Below are positions 31,870 to 41,838 of a stretch of 64,000 nucleotides of DNA, one piece after another (positions within the stretch are counted from its first letter, which is position 1; each line of letters starts with the position of its first letter). Position numbers and translations under genes: made by a program. The notes below the pieces were generated by a model. It searched no databases, was not told the DNA's origin, and worked only from the letters and a program-made list of their open reading frames with translations. This DNA comes from an uncultured Planctomycetota bacterium (GTDB lineage Bacteria > Planctomycetota > Planctomycetia > Isosphaerales > Isosphaeraceae). The DNA lies in the NCBI GenBank assembly GCA_963823665.1, contig CAWGMQ010000004.1:1216001-1280000 (forward strand), given 5' to 3'.

Positions 31870-34577
31870 TGGGGCGAGACGCATCATCGGACCCATTCGC
31901 GGAGAACGGCAGCGGGCCAGAGGCGCCGTCGGCCGTCACGGTTGAACTTCGCGCGCAAACGATGCCCGACCGAAAGATCGATGCCCTGAGCCCGACCGAC
32001 GAAGAGTTGCTGCTGGACGCGCTGGCCGACTGGGACGCGCGCTTCCGCCTGGGAGAGGACCCGCCGGTTGAATCACTCGGGGTGATCGATCCCCGTCTCG
32101 TCGACGAGCTGGCGCGGTGGATCGACCAGCAGAAGCGTCTCTACGCCATCATGGCGCTGCAAGAAACCGCGGTTGATGGGTACGTCGGAGCTCCGGAGAG
32201 TCTCCCGGTGTTTCCCGGCCACGAAACGCTGGGCAAGATCGGACACGGGGGCATGGGGGTCGTTTACAAGGCCCGCGACCTGAAGCTGAGTCGTATTGTT
32301 GCGATCAAGACGATCGCTGACATTCACGGTTCCGGCGGGTCTCGCTTCGGCCGGTTTCTGGCCGAGGCCGAAGCCGTCGCCCGGCTCAAGCATCCCAATG
32401 TCGTTCCAATCTATTCCATCGCGGAGCACCAGGGGCGGCCTTATTTTTCGCTGGAATATGCCGACGGCGGAAGTCTGCTGGAACGATTGGCACAGGGGCC
32501 GCAGAGCGCACGGCCCGCCGCTGAGCTGATCGAGGTGCTCGCTCACGCGGTTCACGCTGCTCACCAGGCTGGGATCGTGCATCGCGACCTGAAGCCGAGC
32601 AACGTGCTGATCGCCGCCGGCGGCATTCCCAAGATCAGCGATTTCGGGCTGGCCAAGCTGCTTGATCGCGAATCGGTTCGAACGCTTACCGGTGAAACGC
32701 TGGGAACGCCCAGCTACATGGCGCCTGAGCAGGCTTCCGGCCATTCGAGCACGGTTGGCCCTGGCGCCGATATCCACGCGCTGGGAGCGATCCTTTATCA
32801 CGCCATGACGGGTCGCCCGCCGTTTCTCGGTGAGTCGCCGCTCGAGACGCTCGCTCTGGTGGTCGGCACGGAAGCGGTTCCCCCCCGCCGGCTGCGCCCG
32901 GAGATACCACCGGACCTCGAAACGATCTGTCTGAAGTGTCTCGAAAAGACACCAGCGCGGCGATGTGCGACCGCCCTCGAGCTTGCCGAAGATCTCGAGC
33001 GGTTCCGGTTCGGGGTACCAGTCCGGGCTCGCCGGATCGGGCACGCTCAACGCGTCTTCAAGTGGGCCAGGCGTCATCCCTGGCAAACGGGGCTGGCCGG
33101 AACCATCGCTCTGGCCGCGGCGGCCGTGATCGGCCTGGTTTACTGGCACTTCAACGAGCTCCAGATCGAGATCGGCCGCACTCAGGCTAAGGCCGCCGAG
33201 GCCCGCCATCATTATGCGGAAGCCCGCGCAACGATCACCGAGATGCTTGCAAAGCTCGACGATCGCCAGGTTGCAGGCTCTCCGCGGCTGCTCAACCTGC
33301 GTCACAAGCAGCGGCAAGCCGCTCTCGAGTTTTTTCATCGCGTGCTGAGTGGGACCGACTCGAACGACCCGATGATCAGCCGCGACACAGCCTGGATGCT
33401 CAACCAGGCCTCGGCGCTCGAACATTCGCTCGGCCAGACCGAGGAGGCCGCGAGCTCGATGCGGCGAGCCATCGGCCTGCTGACGTGCGCGAGAGAAGCC
33501 GATCCGCAGAATCTCGGCCTGCTGAGAATGCACGTCGATTGCCTGCTCAAGCTCTGTGCCTACCTGAACGCGCTTGAGAAGCACGACCAAGCAAGCGCGG
33601 CCGGCCGGGAAGCGGTCGAGCTTGCCGAACAGGTTTTGAAGGCCGACCCGGAAAACGTGGAATGCCAGGAAGAGCTTGCCATGTGCCATCACAACCTTGC
33701 AACGGCGCTGACGGTCGCACGACGAACCGCGGAGGCCCTGGCCGAGGACGAGAGAGCAATCCAGATTCGTGAGCGCATTGATCCATTGCGGTTGCCCGGC
33801 GTGACCGAGCCGCTGGCCATGTCCCTCTCGAACCGCGGCGTGAAACGCTGGCACGCCGGCGAGCTCGCGGCCGCCGAGGCCGATTTTCGACGCGCGGCGG
33901 GACTTCTCGCCGTGCGCCCAGGCGGCATCGCAGAGGTTAACGACACGTCCACCGTCGCAACAGCCCAGGTGAACGCGTGCTGGTCGGGAATGCTGCTTAC
34001 GGCGGGACGGGCCGAAGATGCGATCGCACGCTCAGACGCGGGTCTGCTGGCGATCGAGGAGCCGCTTCGCAAGGAGCCCGACCACCATGAGCTCAAAGAC
34101 CTCGCCTTGAAACTCCACGGCAACCGCGCATATGCGCGAGAATCGCTCAACCAGCACCGCGAAGCTGCGGGCGATTGGGAGCACGTGGTGCAGCTCGCCG
34201 GAGAGCCGGTGCCCATAAGCTATCGGGTTCATCTCGCGATCGAGCTGCTGCAGAGCGGCGAGCTTGCGCGTGCCTTGGCACAAGCCCGGTTCCTCAAGCC
34301 CTCGGCGGAAATCCACGGTGCTGACAGTTACAACCTCGCGTGCCTCTACGGCCTGCTTGGTTCGAACGCGCAGAAGGATCCGCAAATGCCGGCCGCTGAG
34401 CGTACGCGCCTCGTCGAGTCTTACGTCACCCAGGCCCTGGCCTGGCTCAAGTGTGGTGCGGACAGCGGTTTCTTCAATGACCGGGCGATACGCGAGCACG
34501 CGCGGAAGGATCCGGACCTTTCGATCCTCTGGCAGCGGCCCGAGTTCCAGACGCTGATCGAACCGCCGGCGAAATGA
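31869..34577 (+). CDS. Ser/Thr kinase with TM segment and TPR C-terminus
   Basis: GHGGMG, AIKTI, HRDLKPSN, DFGLAK, GTPSYMAPE, DLETICLKCLEK; terminal YNLAC and DPDL motifs. Confidence 0.93.
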   Translation: MGRDASSDPFAENGSGPEAPSAVTVELRAQTMPDRKIDALSPTDEELLLDALADWDARFRLGEDPPVESLGVIDPRLVDELARWIDQQKRLYAIMALQETAVDGYVGAPESLPVFPGHETLGKIGHGGMGVVYKARDLKLSRIVAIKTIADIHGSGGSRFGRFLAEAEAVARLKHPNVVPIYSIAEHQGRPYFSLEYADGGSLLERLAQGPQSARPAAELIEVLAHAVHAAHQAGIVHRDLKPSNVLIAAGGIPKISDFGLAKLLDRESVRTLTGETLGTPSYMAPEQASGHSSTVGPGADIHALGAILYHAMTGRPPFLGESPLETLALVVGTEAVPPRRLRPEIPPDLETICLKCLEKTPARRCATALELAEDLERFRFGVPVRARRIGHAQRVFKWARRHPWQTGLAGTIALAAAAVIGLVYWHFNELQIEIGRTQAKAAEARHHYAEARATITEMLAKLDDRQVAGSPRLLNLRHKQRQAALEFFHRVLSGTDSNDPMISRDTAWMLNQASALEHSLGQTEEAASSMRRAIGLLTCAREADPQNLGLLRMHVDCLLKLCAYLNALEKHDQASAAGREAVELAEQVLKADPENVECQEELAMCHHNLATALTVARRTAEALAEDERAIQIRERIDPLRLPGVTEPLAMSLSNRGVKRWHAGELAAAEADFRRAAGLLAVRPGGIAEVNDTSTVATAQVNACWSGMLLTAGRAEDAIARSDAGLLAIEEPLRKEPDHHELKDLALKLHGNRAYARESLNQHREAAGDWEHVVQLAGEPVPISYRVHLAIELLQSGELARALAQARFLKPSAEIHGADSYNLACLYGLLGSNAQKDPQMPAAERTRLVESYVTQALAWLKCGADSGFFNDRAIREHARKDPDLSILWQRPEFQTLIEPPAK

Positions 34578-34617
34578 TCAGGCACTCGCAAACGCGGGCG
34601 GCTCTTCGAGTGTGGCG

Positions 34618-35155
34618 CTAACCGGCTCGACCGCCCCACGCTCGACGGGGGCGGAGCCCGGCGATCGCATAGAGGCCGATCGGCAGGATTGGCCAGGCGA
34701 TCCAGGGGATCATCTGCTGCCAGCGAGGCGGCGTCGGGGCCACCTCGACATCGAACGCGACCGGCTGCGAGGGATCGATCTCGCCGACCGATACTTCGAT
34801 GTGCCAGAGGCCGCCCTCGGAAAGCTCAAGCCTTGCCGCACGCAAAAGCTTGTTCGTCGCCGCTTCGGTCGTGGCCGGCATCCGGAGTCCGAATTCCCCG
34901 CCCCCGACCCGCCCCGCGCAGCACCTCGATCGGCACATCCGTGATTGGTCTGCCCGTTTCGGCGTCCAGCAAGAGCACGCTCAGATCGACCTGCCCCGCG
35001 CACAGCGACGCGGGCGCCGTGAACACCGAGATCGACCAGTCGCCGCGACAGCCGGAGAACCTCAACGTGCCTCCGTCACCGAGCGCGGGAGCCGAGGCAA
35101 CGCCCAGGCACAGGCAAATCGTCGCAAGCGCAATACCCAGTTCCTTCTTCCTCAT
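34618..35155 (-). CDS. Exported, C-terminally anchored Ig-fold protein (YtkA/FixH-like), last gene of the oxidase operon (frameshift near 34920)
   Basis: Signal peptide, then DGGTLR..SVFTAP..G.VDLSVL in ORF 34826-35185 and AT.EAATNKLL..G.W...V plus a TM helix in ORF 34618-34938. Confidence 0.6.
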
Positions 35156-35159
35156 GCAT

Positions 35160-37505
35160 TCACCCCGCCATCTGCATCGTTCCACGCATTTGCATCGGTT
35201 GAAAAACTATCCAGATACCCGCGGCAAACAAAAGCGCGATCAAGATTGCCCAGGGCGCGAACGCACGAAATGGTCGCGTCACGCGGTGGACCTCTGAGTG
35301 CGCGATGCGATGGGCCGTGTAAAGCGAGAGCAGCAGACCAAAGTCGAGGCAGACAATCTCAAACCGCAGCAGCCAGCCCGGCGCTGGAATGCACGCGGCG
35401 CAGCTCCAATCAACGGGGCCGAGACCCGCCCAACCCCGTTCGGCCAGAAATCGCTGCACTGCCGGAATCACGCCTTCGTAGCTCGTCACGAGGTGGAAGC
35501 TGTAGTGTGCCAGCCACATACCAAACCCGAGTGGAACAAGCGCATAGCTGAATCGCGTCGCCAGCGCGATCCACCCCTCGTTCGAACAACTCCACAACCG
35601 CGAGACAGCCGTCGTGGCGCCAATGATCGAGAGAGGTATCACGACCAGTGCCAGCAAACAGAGAACGGTCGTTGCAACGAAACTCGAACGGAGCGGGATA
35701 ACGGCCGCGAAGCGACTTTGGAGATCCGAGAGCGGCGCCGTCATCAATGCCGCATTGGCGAATGCACCGCTGACGAGGACGACAACGAGCGCGGCCAGAT
35801 CGAGCCGCCGGCTGAACCGTCCGACCCCGGAACGGCGCGGATCGCGCCAGAGCGCGGCGCCGGGCACGCCCGCGATGATACCGACGTTGTCGTGCGGGCA
35901 GACATGAACGCAATCCAGGCAGAACGTGCAATCCATGTTGCTCGACTTCCGCGGCTGGTAGAGGCCCAGCTCGCAGCCCGGAATTTCGCCGGTCCCGCGG
36001 ATGCATTCCTTGGTGCGGCAGGATGAGCAAACATCCGGCTGGCGCACCTTGACCTCCAAAGGCGAGACGAGCGATTGCACGAAGTTGAACTGGCCGATCG
36101 GACAGACATATTTGCAGAAGGATGCGCCGCGAAACAGACCGTCGATCAGAAACGCAGCGCCGAAGTAAGCCAGAACAATCGCGGCCGTGAGAAATGGGCT
36201 GTCCCAGAGGGCAAATGCCTCGTAGGCCCAAAGAAAGATAGCGAGCAGCACGACCGCCGGCCATTTGTTCCTGAGCCACGGCGGCCAGGGGCGAGTCGCC
36301 GTCCTGAAGCGCCGCGCGATCGCCCGCGGCAGCATGAAAGGGCATGCCATGCAGAAGACATTGCCCGTGGCCAGCAGCCCCAGCACCACGAGTCCGCGCC
36401 AGTGAATCCAGGGCAGGATCCCCGCCAGATTCATGCCGGCGACCGGCGGTCCGAACATTCCATCGAAGACGATCGCGATCGCGAGCAAAAGAAGCGGAAG
36501 CTGCAGGCAAACCCGAGCGTGCCGCCACCTGAGAAACCGACCGAGTATCGGCACGCGCAGGAGATCGAACGGCGCCGGCCCGGCCCGACGGGGGGGCTGA
36601 CCGATGATCGGCAGCGAAAGGCGCGTCGGTAAGGCAGAACGCCGCCTGGCGCGCTGCGGCATTGACTTTACCTGCTGGTGTGGCCTGCGGGCATCGCCAA
36701 ACAGAAGCCGGACCCCGATCACGAAGAGCGGAAGCAGGTAAACCAGGGATCCCGGCACCCACATGAGCACTCCGGCGGCAGCTTGATCGTCCAGGGCAGA
36801 AAAATTTCCAAGCCGTGGACGGGAGGCGTAATACGAGTAAAGAGGTGCATCCGAGAATGTCAGCCAGGCGGCAAGAAGCGTGTTCTGCACGTCGGCCAGG
36901 ATCAAGTACGGGATGAGCAGCCACGGCGACCACCGCGGGCGACTGGGAAAAGGCCGGATGACCGGGAACCAGAACAACAGCCCCGTGACCAGAAAACAGA
37001 TGTGCTGAAAATAATGCCATGTGTCAGAGGCAAGCGCAAGCTGATACGTTGGTGGAAGGTGCCAGATCCAGGTTGCCGCCGTGAACAGCAGCCATGCCGG
37101 CAGCGGTTCCGCGAGCCACTGGAATGCGCGGCGCAGGTTCCGCGAACGAACGAACGGGCCAACCCAGGCTGTCCGGATCGACCGTGGCAGCCCCAGCAGA
37201 AGCGGGAACAGGGGGGCGCCCAGCCAGAGCAGGGGGGGCGCGATCATCATGAGCAACACGTGTTGCAGCATGTGCACTTGCAGCAGCAACGCGGTGAACG
37301 GTTCGATCGGCGAGGCGACTGCCAGAAAGAGCGTGCCCAGACCAAGGCCGAAAGCAATGAGCCTGGCAGCCGGCCATCGATCCGGATCACGGCGATGCAG
37401 CACGCGCCAGCCGCGCAGGTACACGACGGCCGTCACCAGCAGCGAGGCGAGCACCCACGGCTCGAACGGCCAGGATCGCATGACGGCTTCGAACGTGGGG
37501 TCCAT
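35160..37505 (-). CDS. CtaG (caa3 assembly factor) fused to a NapH/CcoG-like membrane polyferredoxin
   Basis: HMLQH, WHLP and DDQAAAGVLMWVPG (CtaG); CMACP, CKYVCP, CSSCRTKEC and CTFCLDCVHVCP. Confidence 0.88.
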   Translation of the reverse strand: MDPTFEAVMRSWPFEPWVLASLLVTAVVYLRGWRVLHRRDPDRWPAARLIAFGLGLGTLFLAVASPIEPFTALLLQVHMLQHVLLMMIAPPLLWLGAPLFPLLLGLPRSIRTAWVGPFVRSRNLRRAFQWLAEPLPAWLLFTAATWIWHLPPTYQLALASDTWHYFQHICFLVTGLLFWFPVIRPFPSRPRWSPWLLIPYLILADVQNTLLAAWLTFSDAPLYSYYASRPRLGNFSALDDQAAAGVLMWVPGSLVYLLPLFVIGVRLLFGDARRPHQQVKSMPQRARRRSALPTRLSLPIIGQPPRRAGPAPFDLLRVPILGRFLRWRHARVCLQLPLLLLAIAIVFDGMFGPPVAGMNLAGILPWIHWRGLVVLGLLATGNVFCMACPFMLPRAIARRFRTATRPWPPWLRNKWPAVVLLAIFLWAYEAFALWDSPFLTAAIVLAYFGAAFLIDGLFRGASFCKYVCPIGQFNFVQSLVSPLEVKVRQPDVCSSCRTKECIRGTGEIPGCELGLYQPRKSSNMDCTFCLDCVHVCPHDNVGIIAGVPGAALWRDPRRSGVGRFSRRLDLAALVVVLVSGAFANAALMTAPLSDLQSRFAAVIPLRSSFVATTVLCLLALVVIPLSIIGATTAVSRLWSCSNEGWIALATRFSYALVPLGFGMWLAHYSFHLVTSYEGVIPAVQRFLAERGWAGLGPVDWSCAACIPAPGWLLRFEIVCLDFGLLLSLYTAHRIAHSEVHRVTRPFRAFAPWAILIALLFAAGIWIVFQPMQMRGTMQMAG

Positions 37506-37522
37506 CGCGCGTCTCGATCAGG

Positions 37523-38980
37523 TTACGGTTGGGCCACGGCGGCCGGTCGGGCCGCGTCGCGACCCGGCGGCCGCAAGCTCACCAGGAAATCAACGAGCGC
37601 GGTCATTTCGGCTGGGCGGATCTGCTTGCCGTATGCGGGCATGTTGCCGCCTCCGGGCGTTCCGTTCGAGATCTGATCGATCAACTGGTCGCGGGTGAGC
37701 CGCGTGCCGACGCCGCTCAATTCAGGCCCGCGACGCCCGCCCGAGCCCTCGAGCGCATGACAGTTTCGACACTGCTTGTTCTGGAGTACAACCGCTCCCT
37801 GAAGCTGCAGCGGCGAGCACGCCCTCACAAGCTCTTCCGGCACCGGGTCGCTGCTCCAAGCGCCCATCACCGGCGACCAAGGCTCGGTGGCACCGTAGTA
37901 AGTGAGCACCGCCAGCACGGTGCCAATCAGCACGACCGACAGGACCGCAACCGGCCGCCGGCTCGGAGCGCGTTCCCCGCGATTGGAGATGAAAGGCACC
38001 AGGAACAACGCGCAAAGCAAAACCACCGGCAACCCCAGGATGATGAGCGTTTCTGCACTCGGCGGGCTCAGGGAAAGCAGAGCAAACAACCACAGAAACG
38101 GCCAATCGGGCTTGGGATTCGCCCCAGTCAAAGCGGGCTCCGGCAAGTCGCCCGGCCCCTTGGGCCCGACGATCGCCGCCAGCAAAACCACTACGATTGT
38201 CGTCAAAGCCGAGAAGAGCGCGTCCTTGAGCATCGCTTCACCGAAAAACGGAACGCCGCGCTCGTGGAGCTCTTTCTCGTATTCCGGCTGATAAGTCGCA
38301 GGATCGACGATCTCGCCGGGCACCGGCGGTGCGCTGATTCCGCGTTTCAACACCAGCCAGAGATGCAAGCCGAGCAACCCGAGCAGCGAGCCCGGAATAA
38401 TAAAGACGTGCAGCGCGAAGAACCGGCTCAGCGTATCCGAGCCGATGATCGGACCGCCCAGCATCAAATCGACCACGTATGGTCCGATGACCGGCACTCG
38501 ACCGGCCATCGATGCCCCGACCCCGACACCCCAGTAGGCGTCGGCATCCCAGCGCATGACCTGACCGGTGAACGCCATTCCCACCGTCAGGAGCAGCAGA
38601 ACCACGCCCGAGAGCCAGTTCAACTCGCGTGGATACTTGAAAGCCCCATGCAGAAAAACCTGCGTCATGTGCACGACGACCATGACCACCATGGCCGAGC
38701 TGGACCAGTAGTGCAGCGAGCGGAGGAACCAACCGAACGGCTGGTGTTCATTCAAGTAAACGAGGCTCGCATACGCCTCACTCGTGGAGGGAACGTAGAC
38801 GAGCGCAAGCCCGATGCCGGTCAGTATTTGAATCATGAGCAGCGTCATCGAAGCACTGCCGAAGACATACCACCAGCCCATCGGACCGGCAGCCCCGCGC
38901 GGTATGGGATGCAAGAGCATCGGGCCAACCGCTTCGCGGAGATTCAGTCGGGATTCGAACCACTGCAGCAGTCGCTTCAT
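37523..38980 (-). CDS. qcrB: Cytochrome b of a Rieske/b complex, fused to subunit IV and a C-terminal cytochrome c
   Basis: Four heme b His ligands (RSLHYW, VVHMTQ, FALHVF, GLHLW), PDW motif, CRNCH and MP axial Met. Confidence 0.9.
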   Translation of the reverse strand: MKRLLQWFESRLNLREAVGPMLLHPIPRGAAGPMGWWYVFGSASMTLLMIQILTGIGLALVYVPSTSEAYASLVYLNEHQPFGWFLRSLHYWSSSAMVVMVVVHMTQVFLHGAFKYPRELNWLSGVVLLLLTVGMAFTGQVMRWDADAYWGVGVGASMAGRVPVIGPYVVDLMLGGPIIGSDTLSRFFALHVFIIPGSLLGLLGLHLWLVLKRGISAPPVPGEIVDPATYQPEYEKELHERGVPFFGEAMLKDALFSALTTIVVVLLAAIVGPKGPGDLPEPALTGANPKPDWPFLWLFALLSLSPPSAETLIILGLPVVLLCALFLVPFISNRGERAPSRRPVAVLSVVLIGTVLAVLTYYGATEPWSPVMGAWSSDPVPEELVRACSPLQLQGAVVLQNKQCRNCHALEGSGGRRGPELSGVGTRLTRDQLIDQISNGTPGGGNMPAYGKQIRPAEMTALVDFLVSLRPPGRDAARPAAVAQP

Positions 38981-38989
38981 TGCCGATCC

Positions 38990-39516
38990 TCAAGCCTTAT
39001 CCGACTCCTGGAGAACATTCTGCAAAGTCGGCAGGTGGGGCGCCTGGATCTCCAGGTTTCCCTCGCGAATTCGCCACGCGCACGTGAACAACCCGCGCGT
39101 CGGCGGGCCCGAAGCGCGCTGGCCGTCTTCGTAGTAGACACCGCCATGACAAGGGCACATGAATAGCCCGGATTGCGGAAACCACGTAACGGGGCAACCA
39201 AGGTGCGCGCAGTTCATGGCGAACACCAGAAATTGATCGTCTCCAAGATTCCGCACGTACACGCCCATCCGAGCGGCCATGCCATCCCAGGGCGTGCCTA
39301 GCGGATTGTCGAATGTCTTGAGCCGCGTTTCATCAGGTGCGAATGCAGTTACCGGGCCCAGGTTGATCCATTCGACCGTTCGCTTCCTGATCGCTCCCAG
39401 GAGATAGCCGACGAAGGGAATCGCCACGAGCACGCCGCCAATCGCGCCGATCGCGAATGTGATCCATTTGAGGAACCCGCGCCTGTTGCCGTGTCGAGTT
39501 TTGGGTCATGTCTCAT
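38990..39516 (-). CDS. qcrA: Rieske [2Fe-2S] subunit (frameshift just before the Tat motif)
   Basis: NRRGFLK Tat motif, CAHLGC and CPCHGG; ATGA overlap with the upstream gene. Confidence 0.9.
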
Positions 39517-40289
39517 TTCCCTGTCGGTTTGACCGTCGGCCCGACGCTCTCTCTCCACGAACCCAGCAATGACACCAGTTCCGTGACTTCCTGAGAGGTC
39601 AGCGGCTTAAATCCATCCGGTCGGCCCGTGCCGTCGCTGCTGTCAGGCATTCCCAGATCGGGACGGCCGGTGATGATCAGCCGGCGCACGGCCTGGTCGC
39701 TCAAGAGCGCGACGAAGTCCGGATCGTGAATGGCCCCGGCGGTCTTGCTCCCCTCGCCCTGGTCGCCGTGACAGGATGCGCACGCTCGCGCAAAGACCTT
39801 CCACCCGGCGTCGCTCGAACTGTCGCGATCGGGCCCGCCCGGTTCCGCTCGAAGTGGAGGTGTGCCCGCCGGAACCGGCTCGGGTGTCCCCCAGTGTGAC
39901 TTGATCCCCTGCGCAAGAACCAGGACTTGCTCGGCCGTCAGTTGGCCTCCGCTGCTCTGCGCAAATGCCGGCATCAGCGTACCAGGGCGTCCTGCCGCGA
40001 TGATGAGCCGCAGGTCGTCTTCGGAGATCAGGCTCCGGAAGAGTTTGTCGTTGAGCGGCGGGGCCGGTCCAAGCTTGCCCAGCAGCCCATGGCAACCGGC
40101 ACAATTCCGACGATAAAGGACGTCGAATGACCATTCGTTCTGTGACGCCAGCGCTCGATCGGCCGCTTTGGGCCGGCCCGGGAGATCACATCCACTTGTG
40201 CAGATAAAGAGGAGTGCGCACGGAACATGCCAGGAGCGAAATGGATGACCGGGACAGCGAGACTTGCGCGCTGCAAGCTCACAACTCAC
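39513..40289 (-). CDS. Diheme c-type cytochrome, probable lipoprotein
   Basis: CAGCH and CASCH, each followed by GRP..MP; SG-C lipobox-like site. Confidence 0.88.
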   Translation of the reverse strand: MSCELAARKSRCPGHPFRSWHVPCALLFICTSGCDLPGRPKAADRALASQNEWSFDVLYRRNCAGCHGLLGKLGPAPPLNDKLFRSLISEDDLRLIIAAGRPGTLMPAFAQSSGGQLTAEQVLVLAQGIKSHWGTPEPVPAGTPPLRAEPGGPDRDSSSDAGWKVFARACASCHGDQGEGSKTAGAIHDPDFVALLSDQAVRRLIITGRPDLGMPDSSDGTGRPDGFKPLTSQEVTELVSLLGSWRESVGPTVKPTGK

Positions 40290-41156
40290 CTCCGCCCGTG
40301 CCGGGCGCCGGTGAACCTTTCAGCGAGCTCGGCCCACTTCCGGCCGGGGGCACGAGGACTTTTTGCGTTCGCACGACGACGATCGACATGGCCAACCCAT
40401 AAACCGCCTGGGAGACGACAAACCAGAACCAGTCGACGTGACGCTGTAGCGCAGGGTTGATGATCCCCATGAACCCGTGACAGAGGCCCGTCCACAGCAG
40501 AGGCATGAGTACCCCGCCGGCGATCACCGGGCCGCCCGGCACGGGAGGAAGAGTCGGCGACACGACGCCAAACAGAAGACCGAACGTCGCGGAGAACGTG
40601 GCGTGGACGACGATCGCAACGATCAGAGCACCCACCTGGAACTGCTCGAGCTGGGAAACGCTCTCGCCGGTGATGCCGGGAACGACGATACCCGCCAGGA
40701 GGTTGATCGGGAACCAGATGCCGTGGCCGCTCAAAACACCATAAATCGAGCGCGGGAATGGGCATCACCAGCCCACCCACAATGACCGCCTTTGACGCCG
40801 GCCGAGATCGGATGGAACGCCTCGGGAAGCTGAAACCGATATCCCGCCATGCCGGGACGAAGCTGGTCCACCGTGCCGAGCTGGCCGACGATGGGGCCCG
40901 CACGAAGCTCCGGCGAGACCAGCGGCTCGTGCAAATGTCCACGCCCCGGTAGTAACTGGCCGATCCAGCCGCAGAGCCCCAGCACAAACAATGCGGCACC
41001 GACGAAGGACAGAGCAAGATTCGTCGCCCATCCCGCGCCCAGCATCGTGAGTCCGAGAGCCACCACGATCGGCCAGACCGTCGCCTGCGGCATCTCGACC
41101 GCTTTCGCTGAGCCGTGTTCGGGCGAGCCCGGAGGTTCTGGGCTGGTATCGGTCAT
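40279..41156 (-). CDS. Multi-pass membrane protein, N-terminus resembling oxidase subunit IV (frameshifts near 40750-40790)
   Basis: MPQATVWPIVVALGL two-TM unit, then further TM helices with His residues (GHGIWFPINLLAG, IVVHATFS) across ORFs 40731-41156 and 40279-40734. Confidence 0.65.
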
Positions 41157-41223
41157 GCCACGTCAATCTCCAAGGCCTCGCCTCGAATCAGCAAATGACT
41201 TCGTGAACGAAACATGTGCCCCA

Positions 41224-41838
41224 CTAACGCCCAACCAGATACACGAGCGTGAACACAACCAGCCAGACAGCATCCACAAAATGCCAGTACCACGAAACAA
41301 CTTCCACCGCGGTGTTTCCGGCGGTGATCAGGTTCTTGACACCCAGGCCGAAGATGATGCTCATCACCATCACACCAATCGAAACGTGCAGGGCGTGAAA
41401 GCCGACCAGGGTGAAATACGTCGTTCCGAACAGGTTGCGACTGATGGTGAGCCCCCACTTGCCGATCAGGTCGCTCCACTCCCACATCGTGCCTCCCAGA
41501 AAGAGCGCTCCCAGAACAATGGTCAAGCCCCACCACTTGAGAAACGTGCCATTCCGGCCCCGAGAGAGAGCCTTCTCCGCCAGATGAATCGTCGCGCTGC
41601 TCGAAAAGAGACACGCCGACGCGGCAAGAACCATCGGCAAACGGAAAACCTCGCTCGGCTTGGGATTGCCCGAAGTACTCTGAGAGAGAAAATACACATA
41701 CGCCATGATCAGCGTGCCGAAGAACGAAGCCTCCGAGATGAGGAACGCGATCATGCCGGTTTTCGCGGGAGGCAGCGCAGCATGGCCCTCGACTATCGCA
41801 CGCGGCTGAGCAAACGGCAGCGGATAATCATTACTCAT
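41224..41838 (-). CDS. ctaE: Cytochrome c oxidase subunit III
   Basis: [16 protein letters not shown] and [10 protein letters not shown]. Confidence 0.95.
   Translation of the reverse strand: MSNDYPLPFAQPRAIVEGHAALPPAKTGMIAFLISEASFFGTLIMAYVYFLSQSTSGNPKPSEVFRLPMVLAASACLFSSSATIHLAEKALSRGRNGTFLKWWGLTIVLGALFLGGTMWEWSDLIGKWGLTISRNLFGTTYFTLVGFHALHVSIGVMVMSIIFGLGVKNLITAGNTAVEVVSWYWHFVDAVWLVVFTLVYLVGR

Noticed and set aside
32073..33854. Long antisense ORFs (593 aa here, also 37529-39166, 35410-37020, 56161-57558 and others)
   Set aside because: Shadow or alternative-frame ORFs of well-supported genes in GC-rich DNA, with no recognisable motifs
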